A DNA stretch of 63,535 nt, the filler included, from Perkinsus chesapeaki ATCC PRA-425 (lineage: Eukaryota; Protista; Perkinsozoa), in NCBI GenBank assembly GCA_013115145.1. It is 15 parts of 15 records of this genome, joined end to end, with 100 filler letters (N's around TTAATTAATTAA, not from the genome) between each part and the next. Parts side by side here need not be neighbours in the genome. Positions count along the whole stretch, not along the records: positions 1 to 24,318 come from JAAPAO010000546.1; 14 more parts are not named here. One strand, given 5' to 3'. The position numbers were made by a program, and so were the translations under genes. The first letter of the stretch is position 1; every line of letters begins with the position of its first letter. Shown piece after piece: positions 1 to 13,497 of this stretch. The notes below the pieces were generated by a model that was given only the letters and a program-made list of their open reading frames with translations, was not told the origin of the DNA and did no database searches.

Positions 1-3000
1 AATGTCGATGATCCTTCAGCCGTCCGTGTACGGTCGAGTGCAGGTCAAGAACTTGCACTACAGGTGGGGCAACAATGCTTTCACTATGACCCGCGAGATT
101 ACTCCTCTCCGTCAGATCCCCTTCGAGAATGCGTCCCGTCTCCCTGCCATTTTCGAGTGTCTGGATGGCTATAAGAGCCGTTCAGAGATATCTTCGTATG
201 GCATATCAGTGACCACCATGGAAGACGTTTTCCTCAATGTAAGTCAACTTTTTTGTGCCTTTAACAGACTCTCTCCGTTCAGGTAGCACGGCGCTCTCAT
301 GGCGATGATGAGAGCTTGTCTCGGCTCAAGAGCCGAACTTACACCAGCGATGAGAGAGAGGGTATGTACGACTTGTCGTTGAAGCCAAGTCCTTGGCAGC
401 AGTTTGTCGGTCTGTTGGTGCGACGTGCCACCTATGCCTGGCGAAACTGGTCCGGCACCATAGCTGCCCTGCTCATACCTACTCTTGTCATCCTCGTCCT
501 CATGGGTCTGCAGTATCTCGGTGTGACCGTATTTGATGCTCGAAGGCTGATGTTAGGGTGGGGTAAGGACACTCCGTATGAGTTGTATCCCTCCTATCAC
601 GTCATTGGTCGTTGGGACATTAGCCAGCCGGAGGTGGTGAAGGTGGAGAACGGCTGGGAGACACTATCGGACATAAGCGCGGCTCTTCCGCTGACGGAGA
701 AGGAAAGCAGCATCTGTTCAGAGTGGGAGCCTTATCTCATGCTGCCGTCTCAAGAGGTCAGTCAGAACCTCAATTTGTGTGCGGCGATTCTGAGGTTCTC
801 GGCATCCCTTATGTACGAGAGCACAGCATGGTTTGAGGTGACGGCCTCTGGTATCACTTCCCGGTCTGTCTTTGCCGACATGACCGCCCTCCATATGACA
901 CCGTTTGCCCTTGTTGGCAATGAGTTTATATCAGTTGTGAACTACCCCTTCCCACACACTGCCTATCAGGACAGCAAGTCCCTTGGAAATCTGGTATTGA
1001 CTCTAGCTGTTGGAGGCTACTACGCTATCGCCCTCACAGTAGTTGCTGGTAGTCTCCTCTCCTACGTGATGATGGAGAAGACCAGGGGGATTAAGGAGCA
1101 GCTTTTCGTGAGCGGCTGCGGGCCGTTGACCTACTGGGTGTCCTGCTGGTTCTTCGATTTCCTCCTCACCTTCATTGCAGTCTGCCCGACTTGGATACCT
1201 CTGGCGATCTTCGACATCGAGGCTTATCTGGACCCCGATAACATGGGTGTCATTTGGGTGCTTCTGATAGGCTTCTGTTTTGCCATGCCTTGCTTTAACT
1301 ATTTGGTGTCCATTCTAGCTCGGACCAACACCATTGCAACCTACATCCAAGTAGGCTCTGGTGTCGGAGCTGGTCTCATCGGTTCCTTCGTCGTCTCTAT
1401 CCTCTATCTGGGTGTTGTTGCCCCGGATATCGGTTTGGCTTTAATGTGGATTCTGCGAGTGGTTCCGGCCTTCCCAGTCGCCCAAGGACTGACGAGCATC
1501 TTCTACACCTATTTAGGCTTCTTGAACAGCCCCTCTGGTGAAGGTGTGCAGACGCATCCTTTTGACGCCCAGATTCTGAATACGTGCAGCGAGGTGCGAT
1601 TGAAGGGGATGGACAACAAGACGTATGATACCTGCCTGGGAGTGGCTGGTGATGATGTCATCGTGCTGTTCCTCTGTGGGGTGGTGTACTTTGGTCTTAC
1701 TATATTCATCGACTTTAGAATGAACGACAATAGGTGGAATACTAACCGTGATTTACCGGTACCACCTGAGAAGCGTGGTGTAGAGGATGAGAGGGTTATT
1801 GAAGAAAAGGAGAGAGTATCTAAGCTTGATGCTTCAACACAAATGATTTATTTTAAAGATCTTAAAAAAGTATATTATGAAGGGAAAAAGAATGAAGTGA
1901 TAATTATAATGGAAAACTATTATTAATATTAATTTTAGGTATGGGCAGTAAGAGGTATTAATTATGCATTAGCTGACGGTGGTGTATTTGGTCTACTTGG
2001 TGTTAATGGTGCTGGTAAAACAACTACCTTTAGGATGTTATGTGGTTTAATTAACCCTTCTGCCGGCAATATATCTCTTATTGGCAGACCTCTCCTCGGG
2101 AATGTCTATGAAGTAGGGAACTTCTCCATTGTGTTTCAGCAAGAAACGATCGGTCTGTTAGGTTCGGAAAAACATAGGGTACTGCCCACAGAACAGCCCC
2201 TTGCTGGAAGGCCTCACCACAGAGGAGCATCTAATATTGTAAATTTCCTCTGTAACTTGGTTTTTCAGAGGAGCCCTGCTCTAGGTACGCCCGAATCCGT
2301 GGGGTATCTTCGTCTGTGATCAAGGAGCACACTGCTGACCTCTTGCGTATCTTGCAGCTCGAGTAAGCCCTCGTGGTGGCTTGCTGTGGTATGTGCATTC
2401 GTCGTCTCAGGCGATATCGTCAAAAAATGGCGACTAGACTTTCCGGTGGTAACCAGCGAAAGCTCTGTGTAGGAATCGCCCTAGTCGGGCATCCCTCCTT
2501 GGTGTTCTTGGATGAGCCCACTACGGGTGTTGACCCTGATGCTCGGAGGTAGGGTTAATCTGAACAGCAGGCAGTTTGAACACAGTTGTTGTTTCAGACG
2601 CATTTGGGACGTGATACATAAGATAGCGCACGGGCGGTCGAAGTCGTCTGCCGTCGTTCTCACCACTCACAGCATGGAGGAAGCCGACGCCCTCTGCGAG
2701 ACGATGGTCATTCAGGTCAGTTCGCGCTCTCCACGGTTTCCTGCGATTTGTTTTTGCAGGTCGACGGACAGTTCCGGTGCATAGGGTCCTCGCAAGAGAT
2801 CAAGTCCGACTACGGCCAAGGATTCAAGCTCTGGATATCATTCACCGACAAGCCTCTCGATTCGACCACTGAACTCCTCCAGAATTTCTTAGCTCTCGAG
2901 GAGGCCATCAGAAGTGACCCGAGCATGAAGTTGTCGTTCAGTGATGAGAGGCTGGAAGTTTCCCTTGCCGGAATAGGTGAGTGGCTAGATGTGCTTCCTT

Positions 3001-3574
3001 GGTGGACTTCTCGCTCTCCGAGCGGACTCATTCTTCGTATTCCTGAAATGCTCCTCTCTTCTCCGACGAGGCCAATAGGTGCGTTTGCTCGGAGAAAGCG
3101 TTAGCGAATCGGTGAGCGTGGCTCTAGTGACAGCTATCACTTCCGCTTGCAATCTGAGTGGGCTTCTGATTCGGTTTTCGGGAGGCTGCTCGTTTGGGCT
3201 CGCCATATTAACGAGTGCCTTCAGGTATCACAGAGCCCCGTGTCGTTCATAGCATCATCAACACCGGTACACTGGACGAAGCTGCCCAATGCCGCTATTA
3301 CACTGCTTCGGCGCTGGCCACATCGGTGACTGGCGGGATGCTCCACACCCGGGCCCTCGAGTGGTTGAAGAAGACGATTTCAGAGGAATGCCGAAGCCTT
3401 GGGGAAGTCGGCGAATTCAGTCTGCCTCGGAGCATCAACCTCGGAGACGTTTTCTCCAAGCTGTCTAATCCCACGGTGAAGGAAGATCTGTCCTTTACCG
3501 ATTTTCAACTCTCGCAGACGACCCTTGAGCAGATTTTCAACAGGTTCGCTCAAGGCGAGTCATCTATACTATAA
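1..3574 (+). CDS. ABCA: ABCA-family transporter, copy 1 (5'-truncated by window; linker, TMD2, NBD2; multi-exon)
   Basis: TTMEDVFL motif after NBD1; TMD2 ORF 316-1926; 42-nt intron 1897-1938; Walker [10 protein letters not shown]; LSGGNQRKL; [10 protein letters not shown]; [13 protein letters not shown]; C-terminal SQTTLEQIF. Confidence 0.93.
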
Positions 3575-4569
3575 TAACCTTTGCATCTCTACAAGTTAAG
3601 TTAGCAGTATCTCCGGCTATCACTAAAGTGTTGTCATCGTGCCACTGTTTTTAACAACGTCGCCATTGGTGCTGCTGTAAGTTGCTTTTTTATTGTTTTT
3701 CGTCCATTGTTGTAACGATATAATCTAACGATTTCATAAGTGCCATCATCTGAGATTATCCTATTGTGTTGGGTTTGAAGTTGATGCTCGGCTGTGAGTG
3801 GTGTGGAGGCCGGCACTGCACTGTAGTAGTTGTTATCTGGTGCCACTAGGAGTGAGCTTTGGTCACTGGCTCGAACCACGCTAAGGAAATCGATTCCACG
3901 ATGGAATCAAGCTTGGTACTCGGCAGTAAGTTGCTGCCAAATGCCAGTGGTGCGACGCCAGTGGTGTCTCTTCTGGGGATAGGTCACGGCGATAACCGCG
4001 CGCCCGAAGAGGGTATGGTGCCCGTCTCGTTGTATTCGATGGACTCGGCGTCCCAAGCATATACCTACAGATAGGGGTTCGAGCTGATTCTGGCGACTAC
4101 GTAGCTTCGTTAGTGGAATGCTGCTTGATCATCCGGCGTCCTGGCGGAGCGGATTTTGTTAGATAGCTAAGCTTTGTCTCTGCGCCCCAGGCGTAGTTCG
4201 CATTTAGGGAGGTGCTTACTCGAGCTGGCTCCATCTAACCTTGTTGGGCGGCGTCACAGTGTCCGATACTTGTTCGGCTCTGTGCTGGGTGAAGATCGGC
4301 CGTGAAGGCTCGGCGGGCCTTCCGTATTTACTACCTACTTGTGGGTGATAACTTCGGCTGTCCACATTCTTCTGCCGTCTGTATCCGGTCGATGCCTCCT
4401 TCGTCATGGGTTGTCTGAATTTATAAATCGAAGAAATACGAATTATCCTATTTTGCTGCATCGGGCTGTACTATATGTTCTGCTGTATCACTTGAGCGCA
4501 CCGATGTTAGTGGTCTCTGAGGTTCCTTATTATGGATGGTCGTGCTCAGCTTTTACAGAGTACGTTTCA

Positions 4570-7500
4570 ATGGGTAGCGAAGATGCTGCTGCTTCGACGG
4601 TGGCGGCCACCAGACGCAAGCATCATAGTTTAATGTACACTCAGGTAGGAGTATGCCTCTGTTGGCCGCCGCATCTAACGCGTGTTAGGTTCGAGCTTTG
4701 TGTAAAAAAAACTTCATACTATCACGAAGGTCTAAGCTCACAGTGTGTTGTGAGATTCTTCTACCACTAATAGTAGCATTGGCTGCCTTCCTGATACCAC
4801 CCTTCGCCAATACTCAAGATAACCAGCTGCAAACGATCGTAAGTCTTGCCCGCTCTCCTTGCCATGTGTACCATTGCCTCTGTTGCTCAGCCCGCAGCCT
4901 CCTATCCTGTCACCGACGCTCACGGTGCATTCCTTAGGAGGCCCGGCTCTTTCTCATATGCTGCCGAGTTGAGGCGCTTTTATGACAGGTCTGGGCTGTC
5001 CCCTGTTATATCGTACTCCGACTTTTTCCGCCAGTCCAACCTTGCCGCTGTGCTCACGAGATGCTTCTGCAGTACTCTAGCCATCGGGCCATCAGGCTCC
5101 GATAGGGCTAAACAGTTCGCAGCCTACCTAACTGGTAGACTAGGCCGACTTACTGCTGGGGTGTCAGTGCCGGCCTGTGGAAGAAGTCCTATCCTTGATG
5201 TCGTTACGAACATAGTCAACCCTGCGGCTTACGTCACATCCTCCTCCTACGGTTCTGTTAACCAGCCTGAGTTGTGCGCTTTTATAAACCTCGATGAGGC
5301 CGACACGGTAACAGTGATGACGAACGCTACAGCGGGTCGTAATAGTCTCAGCGTCGACCTGAGCAGCTACACAAGTTTCTGGTATGCTGAGAATGGTGAT
5401 GTGCAGCACGGTGATCCCAACGACAACGGTTTAACCTTCTATACCGCCCTCAACTTCCCACCGCTTATGTCCCTCTGGCAGGAATATCGTACTGGAACGG
5501 AGCTGCCAATTGCTGCACTCTACCCTATGCCTTATACCGGCTATGAGCAGAGGAATTCTGGTAGCACACTGAAGCTCCTTGGTGGCACTATAGGCGCCCT
5601 CTTATTCACGTTCATGGCCTTCTCTGTCACAAGAAAGCTCATATCAGAACGCCGCGGCCGGCTCCGTGAAGGTAGTGAACTTGTGGTCCTTGTCCACTTG
5701 CCCATTTATTGTTTCGTAGGTATGCGTATTATGGGTCTTCATGACCTTCCCTATAACTTATCATGGTACTTATGGTACTTAGCCTTCTACCTCCTATTCG
5801 CCATCGTAGTGGCGTTACTATCATTAGCCATTCTTCAGCCTTTGAGCTCCCTTTGGCTTTTACTACTCACCTTTTTATACTTCTACGCTTCAATGGCGTT
5901 CGTCTTTTCTCTTTCCACTCTGTTCGAGTACCCCAATTCTGGTTCGGCCCTATCTGCTGTGATCTACTACATCCTCGCATTCGTCCTCATCGCCCTCAAT
6001 AGGGAGGCCGAGAAGTGGGCAGTTTGCCTGCTGCCACAGTGTGCCTTCACCCTCGTTGTGCAGAACCTTGGCCAGCAGGTTTTTCTCGGTTTATCGACCC
6101 CATCGGCAACGCTGCGCTACAGCAACTTCAGTCTGATTCAAGGCTTGATAATGCTGGTGGTTGATATCGTACTGTGGACGATGGTTTATCTCTATTTGGA
6201 CCAAGTGGTGCCTCATGAATATCGTGCAAATAGAAAGCTGCATTTTCTATTCACTCGATCCTTCTGGCGGGAAATGGGAGGGACACAAGTTGATAAACGG
6301 CCGAACGAAGAGGAGCAGGCCTTGACGGCTGGACGATCCGAGGAGGAAGAGAGCGCGCATACTGAACAATTTGGTATTCAGGAAGTCACCGGCGAACGCC
6401 AGAAGGAGCTCCAGCGGGAGCAGGAGACCGTCGACATTCATGGGCTCAAAGTAGCCTTGTGATCTCGAGCTTTTTGGTGATGCGGTTTCCAGGTGCACTT
6501 CAAAAACGTGCGCGCCGTTGATGGTTTAGATTTGACCATGTACAGAGATGAGCTATTCGTATTATTAGGACATAATGGTGCTGGTAAATCTACAACTATT
6601 AATGTACTCAGTGGAATGATAAAACCAACTAGTGGGGTAAGACACAACAGCTGCACTCAATCCCATGGCAACTCCCTTTTCAGAAAGTGTTTGTATTCGG
6701 AAATGAGGTCCCCACTGAGATGCCGGTAATCAGAAGGAGTATGGGAATCTGCCCGCAGCATGACGTCCTTTGGGATGACTTGACTGTTTCGGAGCACTTT
6801 GACATATTCGCGAGTCTTCGAGGATTGAAAAGAGACGCCAAAGCTCTGGAGTTCGCCACAGAGATTGAACTCGGGCATAAGTTTGAATCTCGTGTTAAGA
6901 CTCTATCAGGTATTAATTATAATATATTAAATGTTGAGTGTTTTATTATTAGGTGGAATGAAAAGGAAATTATCAGTTGGTTTGGCATTCGTTGGTGATT
7001 CTAAATTGGTTATATTAGATGAACCAAGTAGCGGTATGGATCCGAGTGCTCGTCGACGAATGTGGGATTTTTTGAGATCAAAACGTGAAGGAAGAATCCT
7101 TTGCATTACAACACATTATATGGATGAAGCTGATGTTTTAGCAGATAGAGTTGGTATAATGGAAAATGGTAAACTTATGGCATATGGAACAACAAACTTC
7201 CTAAAACATCAATTTGGTGAGATAATGATTTATTGATCAATTAATATATTTTATTAAACAGGTTCTGGTTACACACTCAGCATCGCTAAAAGAGATTCCA
7301 CTGTTCCCGATGAACCACTTGTTGATGTTATCAGGAATAATGTCGATGATCCTTCAGCCGTCCGTGTACGGTCGAGTGCAGGTCAAGAACTTGCACTACA
7401 GGTGGGGCAACGCATCTTCTTCTCGCCTCTCGGAACTTGCTGCTCAGCTTCCCTACGACTGCGTCTCGAAGTTCCCAAGAATATTCGATTGCCTTGACGA

Positions 7501-10500
7501 GCGCAAAGCATCGAATGAGATAACTGCCTATGGCATAGCAGTGACCAGCATGGAAGATGTCTTCCTGAATGTGAGCTCAGCAGGGGCGTCTGTCAAGTAG
7601 CCTGGAATCCGAATACAGGGGAAGCATCCCGACGTGTAGCTATAGTCTTCTTCCACTGCGTATATAGAGTATCATGGCCTAGTTTCGTGGCGCTGGAGTG
7701 GTATGAGATATAAGTTGTTTCCGGTTTGATTGGATCCTTCTATCATCGTTTTAACTTCAGGTGGCTCATAGAGTTACTGGTGGAGCCGAGCCTGACCTCG
7801 GTGCCCGTGCAGCCATCGAGTCCATGGATGAAGCCGCCACCTACGATATCGACCTCAAGCCGACCTTCTCACAACAGTTACACGGTCTTATGAAGAGAAG
7901 GCTTATCTATGCAATTCGGAACTGGGTGGGGACTCTGACGACACTTCTGATACCGATGATTGTCCTCCTGGTCCTCATGGGCTTTCAGACAGCTGCAGTG
8001 AACATTTCCGATGCGGTGCCCATTACTCTCAACGCCTTGTCTAACCCTTACTCAGCGGGGCCCAGCTCCCACATAATAGGTCAATGGAACATGGCAAGCC
8101 CCTTGTCTGTTAGGGTCACCAAAGGAGGTCGGGTGTTGCCCAGTATTGACGCCTCAGCGCCGTTGACTCAGACGGAGGCTGCTGCGTGTGGTGATTGGGA
8201 CCCAGTCACTATGCTACCTTTCCGATCGGACGTTAGGCCAAATGCGACCATCTCCAACGCCTTCTGCGCGGCGATTCTCAGATTTTCGGCGTCCCTTCTC
8301 GATGAGAAGACGGCATGGTTCGACGTCACAGCGCTCGATATCACTTCTAGGGTCCTCTTTGCCGACATGACCGCCCTCCACACGGTGCCACTTGCCCTTC
8401 TTGGTGATCAAAGCCTATCAGTGGTGAACCACCCTTTCCCACATACTGCTTATCAGAAGTCATCATCCCTGGTTAACTTCGCCATCTCATTTGCTGTCGG
8501 TGGCTACTACGCCATCGCTCTCGCTGTTGTTGCATCTACCCTTCTGTCTTACATTATGATGGAGAAGACAACGCGCATTAAAGAGCAGCTGTACGTCAGT
8601 GGATGCGGCATTCTGCCTTACTGGATAGCGTGCTGGTTATTTGACTTCTTCATTATACTCGTTGCCGTCTGCCTTACATTCGTTCCACTTCAAGTATACA
8701 ACATTCAGACCTATCTTGAGAATCCGAGACAACAGGCCACTTGGGCGTTGCTCATCGGCTTCTGTTTCGCCGTCCCCCCATTTAACTACTTGATAAGTCT
8801 GTTTGCCCGTACAAATACCATCGCCAATTACGTACGGATCGGTTCGTCTATTCTTGGAGGCCTCATCGGTTCGTTCGCCGTATCCATTCTGTACTACGCT
8901 GTGGTGTCCCCTGTGGCGGGACTGGTCCTGATGTGGATACTAAGAGTCTTCCCAACCTACTCGGTGGCCCAGGGATTGACCAGTATCTTCTTCACAAACA
9001 TAGGCTTCTTTTCAACTCCGGCGGGAGAGGATGTAACTCCAGCGCCGTTCGACTCGCAGATTCTCAGCACCTGTACTACGGTTCGTTTGTACGGGCTGAA
9101 CGAGGAGATCTACGACACATGCCTGGCAGTGGCGGGTGACGACGTGATTATGCTGTTTGTGTACGGAGTTGTTTACTTTGGTCTTACCCTCTTCATCGAT
9201 CTAAAGTTGTGCAGTAGCAAGTGGAATACTAACCGTGATTTACCGGTACCACCTGAGAAGCGTGGTGTAGAGGATGAGAGGGTTATTGAAGAAAAGGAGA
9301 GAGTATCTAAGCTTGATGCTTCAACACAAATGATTTATTTTAAAGATCTTAAAAAAGTATATTATGAAGGGAAAAAGAATGAAGTGATAATTATAATGGA
9401 AAACTATTATTAATATTAATTTTAGGTATGGGCAGTGAGAGGTATTAATTATGCATTAGCTGACGGTGGTGTATTTGGTCTACTTGGTGTTAATGGTGCT
9501 GGTAAAACAACTACCTTTAGAATGTTATGTGGTTTAATTAACCCTTCTGCCGGCAATATATCTCTTATTGGCAGACCTTTAGCCGGCAACGTATACGAGG
9601 TGATCCCCCCCTCTCCCGTCCTTGTCATGACACACTTCTGCATTCCCTCTCAGATTCGGAAATCGGTGGGATATTGCCCACAAGACAATCCTCTTTTACA
9701 GGGTTTAACCACTAAAGATCATCTTTACCTGTAACGCATCTCTGTCCTCTCCCGTTCGATTTGCCAGCGCAGGTATGCGAGAATTCGCGGAGTGCCGCCG
9801 AATGAAATTCCGCAGCACGTTGATGATCTGGTGAGAATTCTAAGGCTCGAGTAAGTGACGGTGTTATGGTTGGAGGTATCACCCTTGCAGGCGTTATGTT
9901 GACAAGGAAGCCGTGAAGTTGTCGGGAGGAAACCAGAGAAAGCTATGCGTTGGTATGGCTCTAGTTGGGCATCCTCCGGTGGTGTTCCTGGACGAGCCGA
10001 CTACTGGTGTGGATCCAGAAGCTAGAAGGTACGTTGAGCTGCAAAAACAGCTCTCCTTGGTCACCTGGTTAAGCTCTAATCTCACTAAACTTGAAGGCGC
10101 CCGTGACCTTCTGTTCGATAGTATTTTCGTTTTTACCGCCGAGTTGTTTCGGGTACTTCTATTGTTAGGCGCATTTGGGATGTTATCCATAAGATAGCTC
10201 ATGACCGATGTAAAACATCGGCAGTTATTCTCACCACTCACAGCATGGAGGAGGCCGATGCTCTATGCGAAACGATGGTGATTCAGGTGAGATTTGGTCA
10301 GTCCTCTCGGCGCACACCGCCTTCCCCAGGTCGACGGACAGTTCCGTTGTATCGGAACCTCCCAACAAATCAAGTCGGACTACGGTCGAGGTTATCATCT
10401 CTGGATGCACTTCCGCTCTCCCTCTACTCTGGAGACGAATAGGATCACCGCCGAGCTTCTTGGCTCTGACAAGGCGTCGACCATCGGAGGTTATGCGATG

Positions 10501-10929
10501 TTCGCCGACGGTGAGCTTGTTGCGAGGCTCAGTAGACTAGGTAAGCCGCTCGAGAGTATATGCTTCATCATACTATCAGGTATCACTAACTCTCGTTTGG
10601 TTGACAGCGTTCTATCGGCTGGAACTCTGGACGATAACTCGGTTCGTACCTTCAACCAGGGTGCGTTGACCTCTGCTGTAAGCTGTGCCTTGCAGCACCT
10701 CAAGGCTCTTCAATGGCTTAAACTGAACATCTCCGAGCACGCCCAATCCTTGGAAGAAATCGGCGAATTTGCCCTACCTCGCGATGTCGATTTGGGCGAT
10801 ATCTTTGGGAAGCTGACTAGTGACCAAGCTAAAGAGGAGCTGGAGATGGAAGACTTCCAGCTCTCACAGACAACACTTGAACAAATATTTAATATGTTCG
10901 CCCACGGAGGGGAACAATCTTCTCAGTGA
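4570..10929 (+). CDS. ABCA: ABCA-family full transporter, copy 2 (TMD1-NBD1-TMD2-NBD2; many short introns)
   Basis: N-terminal [11 protein letters not shown]...EILLP typical of ABCA; [10 protein letters not shown]; [10 protein letters not shown]; [10 protein letters not shown]; TTHYMDEAD; second [19 protein letters not shown]; SQTTLEQIF end. Exon boundaries read by eye. Confidence 0.93.
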
Positions 10930-11079
10930 TACTTATCTTCAATTCTTCTATGGATTTATTCACCCTTCCCTACTCTGAACCACCTTCACTTCGTCACTCA
11001 CTGGTTGTGTTCTGTTAGTAGGAAATATAAAGGAGTATCACAGTGGGAAATCGTCAGCTTGCCTGCCGATGTTTCATGA

Positions 11080-11555
11080 ATGTTGCATCAGCACTCGGTC
11101 AGAGCCTTTCGAAATTTCTGCACCGTCAGCGCCTTTGACGCAGTTAGGCAAGGTGGCGCCTTCCAGCCTAATTGTACTGCATTACGTGGCGCAACATTTC
11201 CCGTATATGACAGGGAAGCGATGCTCGCCTTTGTGCCCCATCATGTAGGGTGCGAGTTCTCTGACGTGTGATGGTATGACTCGTAGGCTCTGGTGCATCG
11301 AGAAGGGGACGAGCTGCGAGTACTCACCCCTGGTAAACTGAGTATCCTATTTATGCTGAAACAACGATCGACCTCGGGGATGCTGCTAAGTGCGTTTATA
11401 GTAGCGAAACGCTCTACCTTGACGATATACCAGATACCTACGACCGGGATACTAAGTACCTGTTCCATCTAAGTGCAGGGCAGATTGGTGACATCGTAGA
11501 CCTTAAACGGCCGAGGCTAATTCTTAAAGGCGACTACAACCAACAAGAAGTATGA
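11080..11555 (+). CDS. Possible small spliced hypothetical gene
   Basis: ORF 11080-11271 with GT donor after VPHH and an open frame (TEYPIYAETTIDLG...DYNQQEV*) ending 11555; exon joins unresolved. Confidence 0.3.
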
Positions 11556-11699
11556 ATCCTCTACACTTGGTAGCTCGACGTGCTCCTGTTATGCAGGCTC
11601 GCGTGCATTTTCGGTTACACGAACGATATTATCGCGAGATTACATTAGAGCGAGTACCCCTTCGAGATTGTTGAATTCGCGCATGCGTGCAAACTTTCT

Positions 11700-12555
11700 C
11701 AGTCTGGTAGCAAGGAGCTCATCACTGTCATGATGCCCGAGCCCCAATTCCACATGGTTCGCGTTATGTTGGAGGTAATTGAACCGATTCTAGACTCTTT
11801 CGCAAACGGCTCTCCCTCAGAGTGCCCTGCCCACTTTTTACGGATGGGACCTTTTGCTCCAGGACGGTGAGTCTGAAGCAATAAAGCGCCTAATCAATGC
11901 CTGCGCTCAGTTGCAGTAAAGCCAGATGTATTCTTGGAGAGACTCGAGACCGCCGATGATGCAAGCGAGGAACATCCGATAGAGCCAGCAGAAGATTCAA
12001 CGTACCAGTCGCATTTGAGGCAGCAGCATGAATCTTAACTGTACAGTTCATCTTTTTGTTACTTCCACAGTTTGTTGTTGTTGTTTTTCATCCTACCAGA
12101 GTTGAGCATCGATTCCGGTGAATTTCGCACTGTCTACTCCCCAACGGCTTCTCTGAAAACCTCATACTACAGATGGATGCCCCGGTATAGTAGATGATAT
12201 GTCACGTGACAGATATCGCCGACGTGCGTGACATGATTCTTTTGAGCTGGGTGCTCATTGAGACGATTTTCTTGGCAGCCCTCATAAGGCGCATGTGTTG
12301 TCATCGTGCTAGCACGACCTTGATTGGTCGGCCTCATTTGATTTCACCTGTACGGTCCTGGTCTCGTCATTTCACCTTAGGATTGTGAGTATGCGTGCGA
12401 CAATAACTAAAGGGACGGACCGCCTCTTTATGACTGGCCACTGTTGTATTCTTCGCACTCTCTAGCGTAAGCAAACGATCGTTCGTTTTCCCAAATATTG
12501 TTTTTATCCCTCTGCGCTGGTATTTCTCAATAAACTTCGTCGTATCCGAGCCCAT
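11700..12555 (-). CDS. Possible spliced hypothetical gene, head-to-head with the glyoxalase
   Basis: ATG ORF 12555-12367 followed by GT..AG-like segments and short open frames; structure unresolved. Confidence 0.25.
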
Positions 12556-12618
12556 GTTCTATTGGTGGCCAGAATGCCAGAGATGTATTTTTGTAGCGTA
12601 GTGGTTCTAGAACTCCGC

Positions 12619-13497
12619 ATGTCAGTTCTGTTCGTCACTCTCCAAGGTACTCGTTACGAGTATGAGAAAATCCGTTTTTGGTACCCGGAGCATCTCGGTA
12701 TGAAGGTGATACGAGTGGCTCCGTACATGGTCACTGTGGGGTACCCGTCCAAGCCCAACTCTTGCTGTATTGAGTTCAGGGTCCACCATAAGCCTACTGC
12801 GAGATACGTTGCCTCTGACACCGACCTTTACTGGAAGGTATCTCTTTGCATGCCCGATGTCAACTTAGCACGGGAAAGGCTCATCAAGTTGGGGCTTCAT
12901 GTTTCAGCACCTGTACAATTCCGTGATATCGGCTACCTTTGCCACACTAAAGACTTCATCGGTTATAATATGGAACTGCTGCAGCACCGCTTCGAGAGCA
13001 ACTTCACAAAGAAATATGCGGAAGCCTTCAAGGACGAAACAAGCCCCATTCGTCAAATCGCAACCGTTGGCCTCCTTACCATACGCGTGACGAATGCTGA
13101 TCGCAGTAAAAAGTTCTACAGTGAAGTGATGGGTATGAAGCTCCTCTCCAGCCAGCACGTCTGTGATGCTTTCGATTTACATTTTTTTGCTGACACAACC
13201 GAAGAGCCCCCCAACAAGGACCCCTGGTCTGTGGACAACCGCGAGTGGCTGTACTCTCGAGATTTCACTTCTCTAGAACTGCAAGTGAAACATGGTGTGG
13301 ACCACTTTGATGCGACGCCCAGCGATATGCTTGGCTATCGCGGATTTGGGCTCGGGGTAAAAGCGGACATATTCCACAGCTTGAAGAAAACGTACTCTTC
13401 AACTGTTGACAGCGACTATGGTGAGGAAGTGATCCATGTTACTGATCCCGATGGCCACGCCATCACTGTCTTTTGCCGTGGTGGCGCGGGTAAGTAG
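12619..13497 (+). CDS. Two-domain glyoxalase/VOC-superfamily protein, intronless
   Basis: Continuous ORF; VOC-like motifs DVNLARERL...VQFRDIGYLCHTKDFIGYNMELLQH and IRVTNADRSKKFYSEVMGMKLL...DPDGH; ATG at 12619 chosen over TTG at 12562. Confidence 0.8.
   Translation: MSVLFVTLQGTRYEYEKIRFWYPEHLGMKVIRVAPYMVTVGYPSKPNSCCIEFRVHHKPTARYVASDTDLYWKVSLCMPDVNLARERLIKLGLHVSAPVQFRDIGYLCHTKDFIGYNMELLQHRFESNFTKKYAEAFKDETSPIRQIATVGLLTIRVTNADRSKKFYSEVMGMKLLSSQHVCDAFDLHFFADTTEEPPNKDPWSVDNREWLYSRDFTSLELQVKHGVDHFDATPSDMLGYRGFGLGVKADIFHSLKKTYSSTVDSDYGEEVIHVTDPDGHAITVFCRGGAGK

Noticed and set aside
3600-4460. Possible small minus-strand gene between the ABCA copies
   Set aside because: Splice-like sites are present but I could not build a stop-free model.
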